From Candidatus Daviesbacteria bacterium RIFCSPLOWO2_01_FULL_39_23 (GTDB taxonomy: Bacteria > Patescibacteriota > Microgenomatia > Daviesbacterales > UBA10151), in contig MFDN01000005.1 in NCBI GenBank assembly GCA_001776935.1, positions 2,505 through 66,504 of the forward strand: a stretch of 64,000 nucleotides of DNA, in the 5' to 3' direction. The position numbers and the translations under genes were made by a program. The notes under the pieces are model-generated. The model was not told the DNA's origin and did no database searches. It saw nothing but the letters and a program-made list of their open reading frames with translations. Below, one piece after another: positions 47,739-56,552 of the stretch; positions within the stretch are counted from its first letter, which is position 1, and each line of letters starts with the position of its first letter.

Positions 47739-47775
47739 TGTAAATTTCCTTACCGTCTTATTATATAATACTCCA

Positions 47776-50109
47776 ATGACACCCTGGGATTTAGAAAAAA
47801 ACGGACAAAAAACAGAGTTTGATCCGCCTTTTCCTTCTGCTTTTGCTTTGCTTGCACATTTTGCCAAAACAACAGGCGGAAAAGAGGCGGTAATATTTGA
47901 TGATTTTGATAACGGAAATACTATTTCCCTCACCTATCTATCCCTTCTGAACTTAGTAAAACAAACTGCCGATTTTTTGACAAAACAATTAGGTGTTGAA
48001 AAAACATTTGCCTACGCTTTTACCAATAGGCCGGAAATAATAGTTTTGAATTTGGCAGCGATGATTGCCGGCAAAATCTTTGTTCCTTTAGATGTGAAGA
48101 GAGATAGTCTTGAGCAAAAAGCCTACAAACTTAAACTGGCGAACGCAAAACTGTTAATATTACCCTCCGCCGGTCAGGAAGAAGCGCAAAAACTTCAGAA
48201 CCTTCTGCCTAAGCTGCAGGTGGTTGAAATAGAAAATTTTGCTGATTTTCAGAAAAAGATCGAAACCTTTCCCGCAGGCGCCCTGCACAATCCCAAACTT
48301 GAAGAGGACTGCTTAATCCTGTTTACTTCCGGCACCACCAGCCTGCCAAAGGGAGTCAGGCTTACTGCTAAAAGCCTGCTTGCAAACGCTGATTCAATTG
48401 CCAAGTGGCTTGAGTTTAACGAAAATGACCGCTTTAACATATTATTGCCGCTTCATCACATTAATTCCACCACATTTTCCTTAACCACCCTGCTTTGCGG
48501 CGCCACCATTGTTCTTTCTCCCCGCTACTCCAAATCCAATTTTTGGAAAACCTTGGCAAATTACTTCTGCACCGGAGCCTCAATCGTTCCCACAATTGCC
48601 TATGATTTATTATCCGAAACAGAAAATTTCCAAATACACAAAAACAAATTAAAAGAGGTCCGCAGGTTTCAAATAGGATCTGCGCCTGTTAATCCGTCAA
48701 TCGCTAAAAAGTTTATTGATCAATACGGAATCCCCCTGATACAGGGTTATGGTCAAACTGAAACATCGCTTCGTTCTGCCGGCGTCCCAATGGATTTACC
48801 AAAAGATGAGTACCGGAAAATAATTGACCTTAATAGTGTTGGCACAGAACTGAAATGGACTAATGTCACAATATTAAAAGAAGACGGCACCGAATGCGCG
48901 GAAGAAGAAAACGGAGAAATATGCGTTCGCGGCCCGGTTATTACCCCCGGGTATTTAGATAATCCAAACGAGAACAAAAAAGCCTTTGCCTATAACTGGT
49001 TTCATTCAGGCGACCGCGGATATTTTAAAATGCTTTTTGGCAAAAAATACTTCTTTCTAACAGGCAGAATGGCGGAAATTATCAAAAAAGGAGGAGTCTT
49101 AATTTCTCCAACCGCCATAGAAAATACTCTTTTAAAAAACTATCCTGATCTTAAACAAGTTTTTGTTGTAGGCTTTCCTGATCCCAGGTTCGGAGAAGAA
49201 GTTGGATTTGTGTCAATATCTTCAGAAAGCATGGTGGGAAAAGTTTTGGAAGATGCAAAAATGGGAAAAATTAAAGGCCTTTCTGCATACGAAACACCAA
49301 AAGCCGGTCTCGCAATATCTGAAAATGATCTTCCTAAAACCTCAACCGGCAAAATTATACGGACAAAAATTAAGGAAATTTTTGGGCAAAAGCTTTGGGA
49401 AAACTCCCACACCGTTTTCTCCGCCGCAGATTTTGACTTTAAAATAATATCTCCTGAGGAAACTGAATTATTAAAACAGGCAACCCAAATAAACAACCTT
49501 GCCTGGGGCAAAAACATGGAAAGCAGTCTGGATGAATTTACATCCCGTGCAGGAAACGGGATTTTAATTGGAGCAGTTGATCATGGAGGCAAACTGCAAG
49601 GCTCAATCAGCGCCTTAAAAACTACCAAAGAAGAGCTTGAAAAATATCCGAGTTATCAAGAAACAACCGGAAATGGTACTTTAAAAACCCACAACCGCAA
49701 AGGGGATATCTTAATCTGCGTAGCCATTTCCACTCCCCCTGCAAAAACCCATGAAGCAAATAGCATCGTCAGGGAAAAATTAACACCGGAAGGATTCGAA
49801 AATTATATTAACTCCTTAAAAGATTATGTTATCCGTTTTCACTCAAAACCTAAAGGAGGATTTGAAAAAGGAGCAGAGGTTATTAAAATCTTGCCTGACT
49901 TCCGTCCCCAGGATCAGGATGCTTTAGGGTTCAATGTCTTAATGAAATACCCAACCTTAAGCCAAAAGCCGGCGATCAACCCGGATGCATCCACAGGCAC
50001 TCAGCTCATTGAAGCAGCATTATTGTATGCATATTATCAGAAAATTAAAGACGTTTATGTGCTGACCCGCCCTGCCCAGGCTTCAGAGTATTTTGAAAAG
50101 TCAACTTAA
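47776..50109 (+). CDS. ANL-superfamily adenylate-forming enzyme (acyl-CoA synthetase-like) fused to a C-terminal domain of unknown function
   Basis: LFTSGTTSLPKGV AMP-binding motif, GYGQTE, and GDRGYF. A 240-aa C-terminal extension is possibly GNAT-like. The ATG at 47776 is preferred over the track TTG at 47731. Confidence 0.7.
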   Translation: MTPWDLEKNGQKTEFDPPFPSAFALLAHFAKTTGGKEAVIFDDFDNGNTISLTYLSLLNLVKQTADFLTKQLGVEKTFAYAFTNRPEIIVLNLAAMIAGKIFVPLDVKRDSLEQKAYKLKLANAKLLILPSAGQEEAQKLQNLLPKLQVVEIENFADFQKKIETFPAGALHNPKLEEDCLILFTSGTTSLPKGVRLTAKSLLANADSIAKWLEFNENDRFNILLPLHHINSTTFSLTTLLCGATIVLSPRYSKSNFWKTLANYFCTGASIVPTIAYDLLSETENFQIHKNKLKEVRRFQIGSAPVNPSIAKKFIDQYGIPLIQGYGQTETSLRSAGVPMDLPKDEYRKIIDLNSVGTELKWTNVTILKEDGTECAEEENGEICVRGPVITPGYLDNPNENKKAFAYNWFHSGDRGYFKMLFGKKYFFLTGRMAEIIKKGGVLISPTAIENTLLKNYPDLKQVFVVGFPDPRFGEEVGFVSISSESMVGKVLEDAKMGKIKGLSAYETPKAGLAISENDLPKTSTGKIIRTKIKEIFGQKLWENSHTVFSAADFDFKIISPEETELLKQATQINNLAWGKNMESSLDEFTSRAGNGILIGAVDHGGKLQGSISALKTTKEELEKYPSYQETTGNGTLKTHNRKGDILICVAISTPPAKTHEANSIVREKLTPEGFENYINSLKDYVIRFHSKPKGGFEKGAEVIKILPDFRPQDQDALGFNVLMKYPTLSQKPAINPDASTGTQLIEAALLYAYYQKIKDVYVLTRPAQASEYFEKST

Positions 50110-50489
50110 GATCCAAAAACTTTAGCCAACTTTATATCAAAAGTTTTAAAATCTTGCGCCCCTTTTGCCCTGGCAATAGTCAAATTATAACAGTCTTCTA
50201 AACTTAAGTTTATCTGTTTAAACAGATGGACACTTTCCGCTAAAAATTGATGTTGGTCAAATACAATATTTAAACCCAGTATCATCTCTAATTTCTCAAC
50301 CAGCGCCTGTTTATCTTTTTTATATGTTGAACGCAATACCCAGAAAATCTCAAAAAACACAACTGTTGAGCTGAAAAGCTTTGTTTCTCCTCTTACGGCC
50401 TGTAGAAAAAGTTTTTTTGCGTCTTGATATTGATTTTCCACATCTTTGAGAAGAAAGCGTAGAAAGTAGTTAGTATCGACAAAAATCAT
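50106..50489 (-). CDS. vapC: PIN-domain toxin VapC
   Basis: MIFVDTNYFLRFL N-terminus with conserved acidic residues. 127 aa. Overlaps vapB by 4 nt. Confidence 0.75.
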   Translation of the reverse strand: MIFVDTNYFLRFLLKDVENQYQDAKKLFLQAVRGETKLFSSTVVFFEIFWVLRSTYKKDKQALVEKLEMILGLNIVFDQHQFLAESVHLFKQINLSLEDCYNLTIARAKGAQDFKTFDIKLAKVFGS

Positions 50490-50746
50490 TTCAAATTATA
50501 CTTTTTTGAAAAATATTCGTCTTTGACCTGCTCAATAATAGTGTCTATGCTTTTGCCTTTCCATTCTTTGGGGCGAGGCACAGATCCTGCCAGCTCCATA
50601 ACCAGTTTTTCGGCAGGGGTAAGTATCAATCGGCCATTATCTTCTGAAACTATGACTTTTTGACCAATCTTAAGTCCTGCCTTGCGGAAAATCTCCGCCG
50701 GCAGAGTGAGTTGTTTTTTGCTGGTAATGGTAGCCATTTGTGTCAT
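50486..50746 (-). CDS. vapB: AbrB/MazE/SpoVT-type antitoxin VapB
   Basis: 86 aa with swapped-hairpin-like N-terminus (KQLTLPAEIFRKAGLKIGQKVIV). Confidence 0.65.
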   Translation of the reverse strand: MTQMATITSKKQLTLPAEIFRKAGLKIGQKVIVSEDNGRLILTPAEKLVMELAGSVPRPKEWKGKSIDTIIEQVKDEYFSKKYNLK

Positions 50747-50799
50747 ACAAGGATATTATACCATATACAAGGAAGGTTTTTAAAAACAAGGAGAAATCT

Positions 50800-53700
50800 T
50801 TAACTTCTCTTTTTCCCTACAATGCTTTCGAATTCATCCCCTTCCAAAGTCTCTTTCTCAAGTAATGCTTTGGCAACTTTGTCAAGCTTTACTTTATTTT
50901 TCTTTAAAAGATCTTGCGCTTCTTTATAACAGGCATCCATTATCTTTTTTATTTCCGCATCCACCGCATCATGCAGCTTTGGCGACAGACCTTCTCCTTC
51001 TTCCATCCCCCGCCAAACTCCAAACATGGGGCGGGGATTTATACTTAAAGGCCCAAGCGAAGACATGCCGTATTGGGTCACCATCGCCCTGGCAATATTG
51101 GTGGCAACTTCAATATCAGAAGCTGCGCCTGTTGAAATATCACGGAAGACCAATTCTTCCGCTGCTTGTCCGCCCAAAGCCGCAGTTATTTGTTCTAAAA
51201 GACGGGACTTGCTTTCATTTGACCTGTCTTCTGTCGGAGGAAATAAAGTATGCCCCCCGGACATACCTCTTGAGACAATTGAAATTCTGTGTACCGGATC
51301 TACCTTTTTCAGGAAATGTCCCACAATTGCATGACCTGCTTCATGATAAGCCGCCAGCTTCCTGTCATGTTCTGATTGCATTCTTTTCCTTTGCGGCCCT
51401 AATTTTTCTTTGGTGGCTGCTTCCTCCAAATCCTTGCTGTCTATGGCAGTTTTACCCTCTCTGGCAGCCAGAATGGCTGCTTCATTTAACATATTTGCCA
51501 AATCCGCTCCGGAAAACCCAACCGTACGCCGGGCCAGCTTTTCGATTGACACATCTTTGACAAAAGGCTTGCCTTTCATATGAAGTTCAATGATGGCTTT
51601 TCTTTCTTCCAAATCAGGAAGGGACAAAACCACCCGTCTGTCAAAACGTCCCGGCCGAACCAGGGCCGCATCCAAAAGATCAGGCCTGTTAGTCGCTGCC
51701 AGCACGATGACATGATCAGTCTGTGTAAAACCATCCATCTCCACTAAAATTTGATTTAAGGTTTGCTCTCTTTCATCATGACCTCCGGAAATTCCCATTC
51801 CCCGTTGCCTGCCGATTGATTCAATCTCATCTACAAAAATTATGGCCGGGGCTGCTTTTTTTGCCTGGGCAAACATATCCCGCACTCTTGCTGCACCCAC
51901 ACCCACCAGCATTTCCATAAATTCCGAACCGGCTATAGAGAAAAACGGCACTCCTGCTTCTCCTGCCACTGCGCGGGAAAGTAAAGTATTGTGATTAATA
52001 AAACCATTTCCCAAAAAACTATGTGTTTCAGGCACAGTGAAATCATATACATTAGCCTGACCCTCGGTTTTCTTAACTACTCTGGAGAAAAAAAGATTAG
52101 CTTCCAATAAGCTACGCAAATATTCCAAATGCGGAATTTCCACTTCAAGCAAACCGACATACTTCAAATACTCTTTTAGAGTTTCTCTGGTAACCCTACC
52201 TCTTCTTTTTACCTTATCAATAGTTTTTGATAATTTCTCATTACTTAATTTTTTTAAAGAAATAACCTTCCAAGATTCTACTACTATGCTGGCTATCAGA
52301 GGAATCACATCAATGTTTGTATTGACTCTGCCCATTCGTTTTGTATGAGCTTTAAGCAATCTTTGTTTTCTACTAAGACGGAAACCAACTATGTTGCTAA
52401 AGTTAACTAAAGATGAACCAGTCATAGTCAATCTATATACTGGACGATAATATCCATTTTCGGTTGTTCCTTTTACATTAAGACTTGCCACAACCCCTAA
52501 ATTTAAAAGCATCATTTGTACTTGTGTTACGATCTTTTTGCTAACTGTAGTATATTCGAACTCTGCCCGAGCCTTACCAACAGAAGCATCCGTATCAAAA
52601 AGTCCCTGCAGAAACGCTATTTGCACATTTCCCGGAGCTTGTAGAATAGTTGGGGGAATTGTTTTGTCGTATGATAATAAATACGACATACCCAATTGGT
52701 ACAATTGCTTCTTAAAATCCCAATTCGAGACAAGGAAAGACTGACCGTTAGCGCTGGTAGATATCATTCCTTTTGGATAATGAGTTGCAAGATACTTCTT
52801 ATAAAAGTCAATAGTTTCCGGCTCAACATTGGTAAGCCCCACTCTGGAAGCGTGGCTTAAATTACCATCACCCGTGAGAAGACCCATGAGGTATGCTGTT
52901 TCCTCATCTACTAAATCTAGGTCGCCAAAGATTCTTCTTCCGAACTGAATTGCTACATAATCCCCTTCTTGTAAGTGCTCAATCTTGCGGAAACGCAATT
53001 TACCAGTACTATCCATTACTACTACCGGATGTTCCGGTGTTCCTTCCAGAGAAAATCCCTGTGCCAGGCTAACCTTAATAGTTTTCTGCTCTCCTAAATT
53101 GAACCAATGGGAAGCAAAATTCTTGTTGGAAATTACGTCATCTGTACTAAACCCCGGCAACTGTGCCCCATAGACCTGATGAGATTTTGGATCAACATAG
53201 TAGTAACGCGGCACCTCCCGGATTTCCATTAATCCTTTATTAGTCCAAATGATAGTATCCCCGGTCACGCATTTCCCTGTTCCGGCAGGGCCAACCATCA
53301 GCACCCCTTTGGGAATCCTTGCCCCCAATGCCTTAAATTTTTCAGGGGTTTTGAGAAATTCCACAACTTCGGAAAGCTCTCTTTTTGCCTCTTCTGCCCC
53401 TGCCACATCTGTAAATTTGATTTGCGGCTGATCCTTGGTAAAAAGCCTTGCCCGGGATTGAGCAAAAGAAAATATTCCCTGCCCTGCGTCTCTGGCATTC
53501 TTAAACAGAAAAAACATTAGTCCAACCAGAAGCAGTATAGGCAAAACTGCTGACAGGATACCCACCCAAGCCTGCTGTATAGACAAATCTCTCACTTCAA
53601 TAGTAACTGTTTTAGGGTCTACGCCGGATGATTCCAGTATTTTATAGATGGACTCTCCTGCTTCTTTATGAGAAGTGAGCTTTTGGTCGGAATTTTTGAT

Positions 53701-53928
53701 CTCGGCAGTAACTTTATCGCCTTCCAAAGAAATTTTTTGGATTTTTCCATCTTTTACGTCATTTACAATTTGTGAAATAGGCACATCATTTGCAGAAGTC
53801 TGAGGTCCGCCGGAAACCTGATAGAAAAAAATCAACGCTGCTAAAGCAATTAGAATATAGACAAGTAAACCCTTAAACAAACCAAAGAATTTTTTATTTA
53901 TATTAACTTTTCTTTTACCATTTGCCAT
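50800..53928 (-). CDS. ftsH: ATP-dependent zinc metalloprotease FtsH, interrupted by an intein
   Basis: TM region and Walker A split as GPAGTGK | intein | TLLSRAVAGEAGVPFF. Walker B IIFVDEIE, SRH region and HEAGHA zinc motif are present. The extein totals about 614 aa. Confidence 0.9.
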   Translation of the reverse strand: MANGKRKVNINKKFFGLFKGLLVYILIALAALIFFYQVSGGPQTSANDVPISQIVNDVKDGKIQKISLEGDKVTAEIKNSDQKLTSHKEAGESIYKILESSGVDPKTVTIEVRDLSIQQAWVGILSAVLPILLLVGLMFFLFKNARDAGQGIFSFAQSRARLFTKDQPQIKFTDVAGAEEAKRELSEVVEFLKTPEKFKALGARIPKGVLMVGPAGTGKCVTGDTIIWTNKGLMEIREVPRYYYVDPKSHQVYGAQLPGFSTDDVISNKNFASHWFNLGEQKTIKVSLAQGFSLEGTPEHPVVVMDSTGKLRFRKIEHLQEGDYVAIQFGRRIFGDLDLVDEETAYLMGLLTGDGNLSHASRVGLTNVEPETIDFYKKYLATHYPKGMISTSANGQSFLVSNWDFKKQLYQLGMSYLLSYDKTIPPTILQAPGNVQIAFLQGLFDTDASVGKARAEFEYTTVSKKIVTQVQMMLLNLGVVASLNVKGTTENGYYRPVYRLTMTGSSLVNFSNIVGFRLSRKQRLLKAHTKRMGRVNTNIDVIPLIASIVVESWKVISLKKLSNEKLSKTIDKVKRRGRVTRETLKEYLKYVGLLEVEIPHLEYLRSLLEANLFFSRVVKKTEGQANVYDFTVPETHSFLGNGFINHNTLLSRAVAGEAGVPFFSIAGSEFMEMLVGVGAARVRDMFAQAKKAAPAIIFVDEIESIGRQRGMGISGGHDEREQTLNQILVEMDGFTQTDHVIVLAATNRPDLLDAALVRPGRFDRRVVLSLPDLEERKAIIELHMKGKPFVKDVSIEKLARRTVGFSGADLANMLNEAAILAAREGKTAIDSKDLEEAATKEKLGPQRKRMQSEHDRKLAAYHEAGHAIVGHFLKKVDPVHRISIVSRGMSGGHTLFPPTEDRSNESKSRLLEQITAALGGQAAEELVFRDISTGAASDIEVATNIARAMVTQYGMSSLGPLSINPRPMFGVWRGMEEGEGLSPKLHDAVDAEIKKIMDACYKEAQDLLKKNKVKLDKVAKALLEKETLEGDEFESIVGKKRS
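51988..53271 (-). mobile_element. Intein with LAGLIDADG homing endonuclease (in ftsH P-loop)
   Basis: 428 aa. N-terminal Cys (CVTGDTIIW), C-terminal ...GFINHN followed by a +1 Thr. Two LAGLIDADG-like motifs (YLMGLLTGDGN and AFLQGLFDTDASV). Confidence 0.8.
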
Positions 53929-53996
53929 ACAATTATGGGAATTTTAGCACAAGTGGCCTGAAATTGCCAGCTCAATAAATCAGGATGACAATTATT

Positions 53997-54347
53997 TTAA
54001 CGGATTTTTGATCCCGGAGGAACTTTTACTGAAGGTTTTAAAGGAATCGGTTTTCCTTGCCCTGAGCCTGTCGAAGGGTTACCATCGGCACACATAATCA
54101 TGCCATTTGATTCCAGGCCCATCATTACTCTTGGCTCTAAATTTGTCACAAAAACAAACTGTTTGCCAACTAATTTTTCAGGCTTGTACCATTCTTTTAT
54201 ACCCGAAAGAATTTGTCTTGGTTTTTCTTCTCCCAGATCTACCAGCAGTTTCAGTAATTTATCAGCTCCCAGAACTTCCTCTGCATTAAGCACAGTACCT
54301 ATTTTTATTTCAATCTTCGCAAAATCATCTATATATATCATAGTCAC
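53997..54347 (-). CDS. tRNA-binding domain protein (CsaA/Trbp111-like)
   Basis: 116 aa. OB-fold tRNA-binding motif IKIGTVLNAEEV...KLLKLLVDLGEE. Confidence 0.7.
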   Translation of the reverse strand: MTMIYIDDFAKIEIKIGTVLNAEEVLGADKLLKLLVDLGEEKPRQILSGIKEWYKPEKLVGKQFVFVTNLEPRVMMGLESNGMIMCADGNPSTGSGQGKPIPLKPSVKVPPGSKIR

Positions 54348-54439
54348 TTTTAAAAGGCAGCTAAGTCTGAGTCAGTCAAAAAATGTTGTTTGTTTTGTGC
54401 AGACTGATTTAAAAGTCAGTTTGACACTTAATCACAAAA

Positions 54440-54505
54440 CAAACACCAAACGAGCAAGTCTCTGCCGTGCGAGTGGTTTTTTGCGACCAGACAAGCTGCA
54501 CTATT
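54440..54505. other. Conserved intergenic motif (copy 2 of 2)
   Basis: aaacaccaaacgagcaagtctctgccgtgcgagtggttttttgcgaccagacaagctgcact. Related to 11985-12059 and in the same position relative to the flanking genes. Confidence 0.6.
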
Positions 54506-55496
54506 CAAAATAATCCAACTTCATAGCCTTTTTAACTTCATTTAATGTCTTTTGGGCTTCCTCCCTCATCTTTCGGGTGCCTTCTTTTAGAATACTATCC
54601 ACCAGTTCTGGTTTGCCTTCATATTCTGCCCTTTTTTGCCTGATCGGATCCAGGAAATTATTTAAAATCCCAGCCAAGTACTTTTTTACCTCAATATCAC
54701 CCACCTGGCCTTTTGCATATTGATCCTTGTGCTTTGCAACTTGCAACTTATCACTTTCTGTACCAAAGGCATCCAAATAAATAAATACCGGGTTACCCTC
54801 TACTCTTCCCGGATCTGTTGCATGTATTCTATTTGGATCTGTATACATACTCATGACCTTTTTCTCCACTTCCTCCTGCGAATCTGTTAAAAAAATGGCA
54901 TTGCCGGAAGACTTCCCCATCTTGGCCTGCCCGTCTATGCCGGGCAAAGTCGGCACTTCCCCTATTAAAGGCTCCGGTATTGGAAAAACCTGGCCAAATA
55001 AATTATTAAATTTAATGGCAATATCGCGGGCAAATTCAACGTGTGATTTTTGATCCTTGCCAACCGGTACCAGGTTTGCTCTTGGGGATAAAATATCTGC
55101 AGCCATCAGGATCGGATAATAGAATAAACCTACTGTATCCTGAGCCCCTGAGTCCAGCTTGTCTTTCAAAGCAGGCTGTCTGGCAATTAAGGGGCGCGAA
55201 GTCAAAACGCTTAAATAATAGGCAATTTCTGTAATTTCAGAAATCTTAGACTGCAGGAAAAAAGTCACTTTTTTAGGATCAAGGCCAACTGATAAATAAC
55301 CCAGCATCAATCCCCGGATATTTTTCTCCAAATCTTCGGTCTTATCAAAATGGGTAGTTAAAGCATGCAAATCTGCAATAAACACAAATGTGTCATATTC
55401 ATCCTGTAATTTAACCCTGTTTTTTAAGGAACCAATATAGTTTCCCAAATGAAAACTGTCAGAAGTTGGCCTGTCCCCAGTTAAGATTCGTTTCAT
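54501..55496 (-). CDS. trpS: Tryptophanyl-tRNA synthetase
   Basis: TGDRPTSDSFHLGNY (HIGH-like) and KMGKS (KMSKS) motifs. The 331 aa length is typical of TrpS. Confidence 0.85.
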   Translation of the reverse strand: MKRILTGDRPTSDSFHLGNYIGSLKNRVKLQDEYDTFVFIADLHALTTHFDKTEDLEKNIRGLMLGYLSVGLDPKKVTFFLQSKISEITEIAYYLSVLTSRPLIARQPALKDKLDSGAQDTVGLFYYPILMAADILSPRANLVPVGKDQKSHVEFARDIAIKFNNLFGQVFPIPEPLIGEVPTLPGIDGQAKMGKSSGNAIFLTDSQEEVEKKVMSMYTDPNRIHATDPGRVEGNPVFIYLDAFGTESDKLQVAKHKDQYAKGQVGDIEVKKYLAGILNNFLDPIRQKRAEYEGKPELVDSILKEGTRKMREEAQKTLNEVKKAMKLDYFE

Positions 55497-55519
55497 CGGT
55501 TAGATCATATAATATTTTC

Positions 55520-55780
55520 TTAATAAGTGGTAGTTCTTCGAAAATCAATGTCCTCCACTGAGACTTGATGTGAATTTGTATCTAATTGGTAGATGACTCT
55601 GATTTCACTTATCCTTAATCTGTAGCTTCTTTGAGTGCCTGCTAATTTTTTAATATCCAAACCGGCTTGAAACGGATCGCTTTCTAATTTTCTTAAGCCT
55701 TTTAAAACCCTTTCCTGTAACTTTTGTGGTAATTTCGCAAAATGTTTCTCTGCCCTGGGGCGGATGATTAAATTGTACAT
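55520..55780 (-). CDS. RelE/ParE family toxin
   Basis: 86 aa. C-terminal YRLRISEIRVIYQLD pattern. Confidence 0.65.
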   Translation of the reverse strand: MYNLIIRPRAEKHFAKLPQKLQERVLKGLRKLESDPFQAGLDIKKLAGTQRSYRLRISEIRVIYQLDTNSHQVSVEDIDFRRTTTY

Positions 55781-56056
55781 TTAGACGCTGAGGCGATATT
55801 TTTTCGCCAATTGCTCCAAGGCTATTCCACCTTTTTGGGGATTTTCTTCCAATTCTTTACCTTTTAAGCTGTCAAAATAATCTTCCAGCATTTCCATCAT
55901 ATTGGAATATTCTTCAATAGAAAGCATCACGGCTTTAGGCTTGCTGTGATGAAAAATGAAAGTGGGGCCGGATTTTTTTGTATCCTCCAAAAGCTCTATT
56001 GCTTTTTCCCTAAGGTCTGTAATGGTTTTGGTATTTTTAGCAGTCGGTATGATCAT
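55781..56056 (-). CDS. Phd/YefM family antitoxin
   Basis: 91 aa. N-terminal ITDLREKAIELLEDTKKSGPTFIFHHSKPKAVMLSIEEY. Directly abuts the toxin gene. Confidence 0.7.
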   Translation of the reverse strand: MIIPTAKNTKTITDLREKAIELLEDTKKSGPTFIFHHSKPKAVMLSIEEYSNMMEMLEDYFDSLKGKELEENPQKGGIALEQLAKKYRLSV

Positions 56057-56091
56057 AGTAAGATTTTTCTAAGATTATTCTAATCTTTTTC

Positions 56092-56295
56092 TTAGGATTT
56101 GTCAACACCCGGTAAGTTCGGAAAAAATAACATTTCAGGTTCAGGATCCTGTAATGCTCTCTGAATAACTTCCTTGCCCCCGGGAAAAGTCTTAATAACA
56201 GCCTCTATATCACCTGATGTAATAGAAGAACCATCTCCGCTTAAAAGCTCTCTTCTAATATTCTTAATATCCTTTTCTACCATTATTTTTGCCAC
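56092..56295 (-). CDS. Hypothetical protein (67 aa)
   Basis: Tightly packed in a minus-strand operon. No recognisable family. Confidence 0.3.
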   Translation of the reverse strand: MAKIMVEKDIKNIRRELLSGDGSSITSGDIEAVIKTFPGGKEVIQRALQDPEPEMLFFPNLPGVDKS

Positions 56296-56335
56296 AGAAA
56301 AGACACCTCAAAGGGTATCAAAAATGGAACAAAAA

Positions 56336-56530
56336 TCAGCTTATCACGCTAATAGGCACCATCAATCCATTTTTACCTCTTGGTATTATAGTCCTAATCA
56401 TTGCTGTACCTGTAGTTGCATCTACTGAACCAAGCCAACCCACAACACCTCTTCCGTCTGGAAAGTTCACCTCAACAATCCCTTTATCAGAAACAGGCGT
56501 CACTATTACATTTCGTTCAATGTTAGCCAT
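56336..56530 (-). CDS. Hypothetical protein (64 aa)
   Basis: Gly-rich small ORF. Operon context only. Overlapping plus-strand ORFs are judged less likely. Confidence 0.25.
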   Translation of the reverse strand: MANIERNVIVTPVSDKGIVEVNFPDGRGVVGWLGSVDATTGTAMIRTIIPRGKNGLMVPISVIS

Positions 56531-56552
56531 TTTTTAAAAAATCCACCTCCCT

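Noticed and set aside
1262-47745. CRISPR array
   Set aside because: The repeats are short 7-bp tandem units or MITE-like elements. They lack regularly spaced 25-40-bp direct repeats separated by unique spacers, and no cas genes are present.
56174-56537. Plus-strand ORFs (84 and 82 aa) overlapping the minus-strand small genes
   Set aside because: They are antisense to a tightly packed minus-strand operon and have no RBS context. They are likely shadow ORFs.
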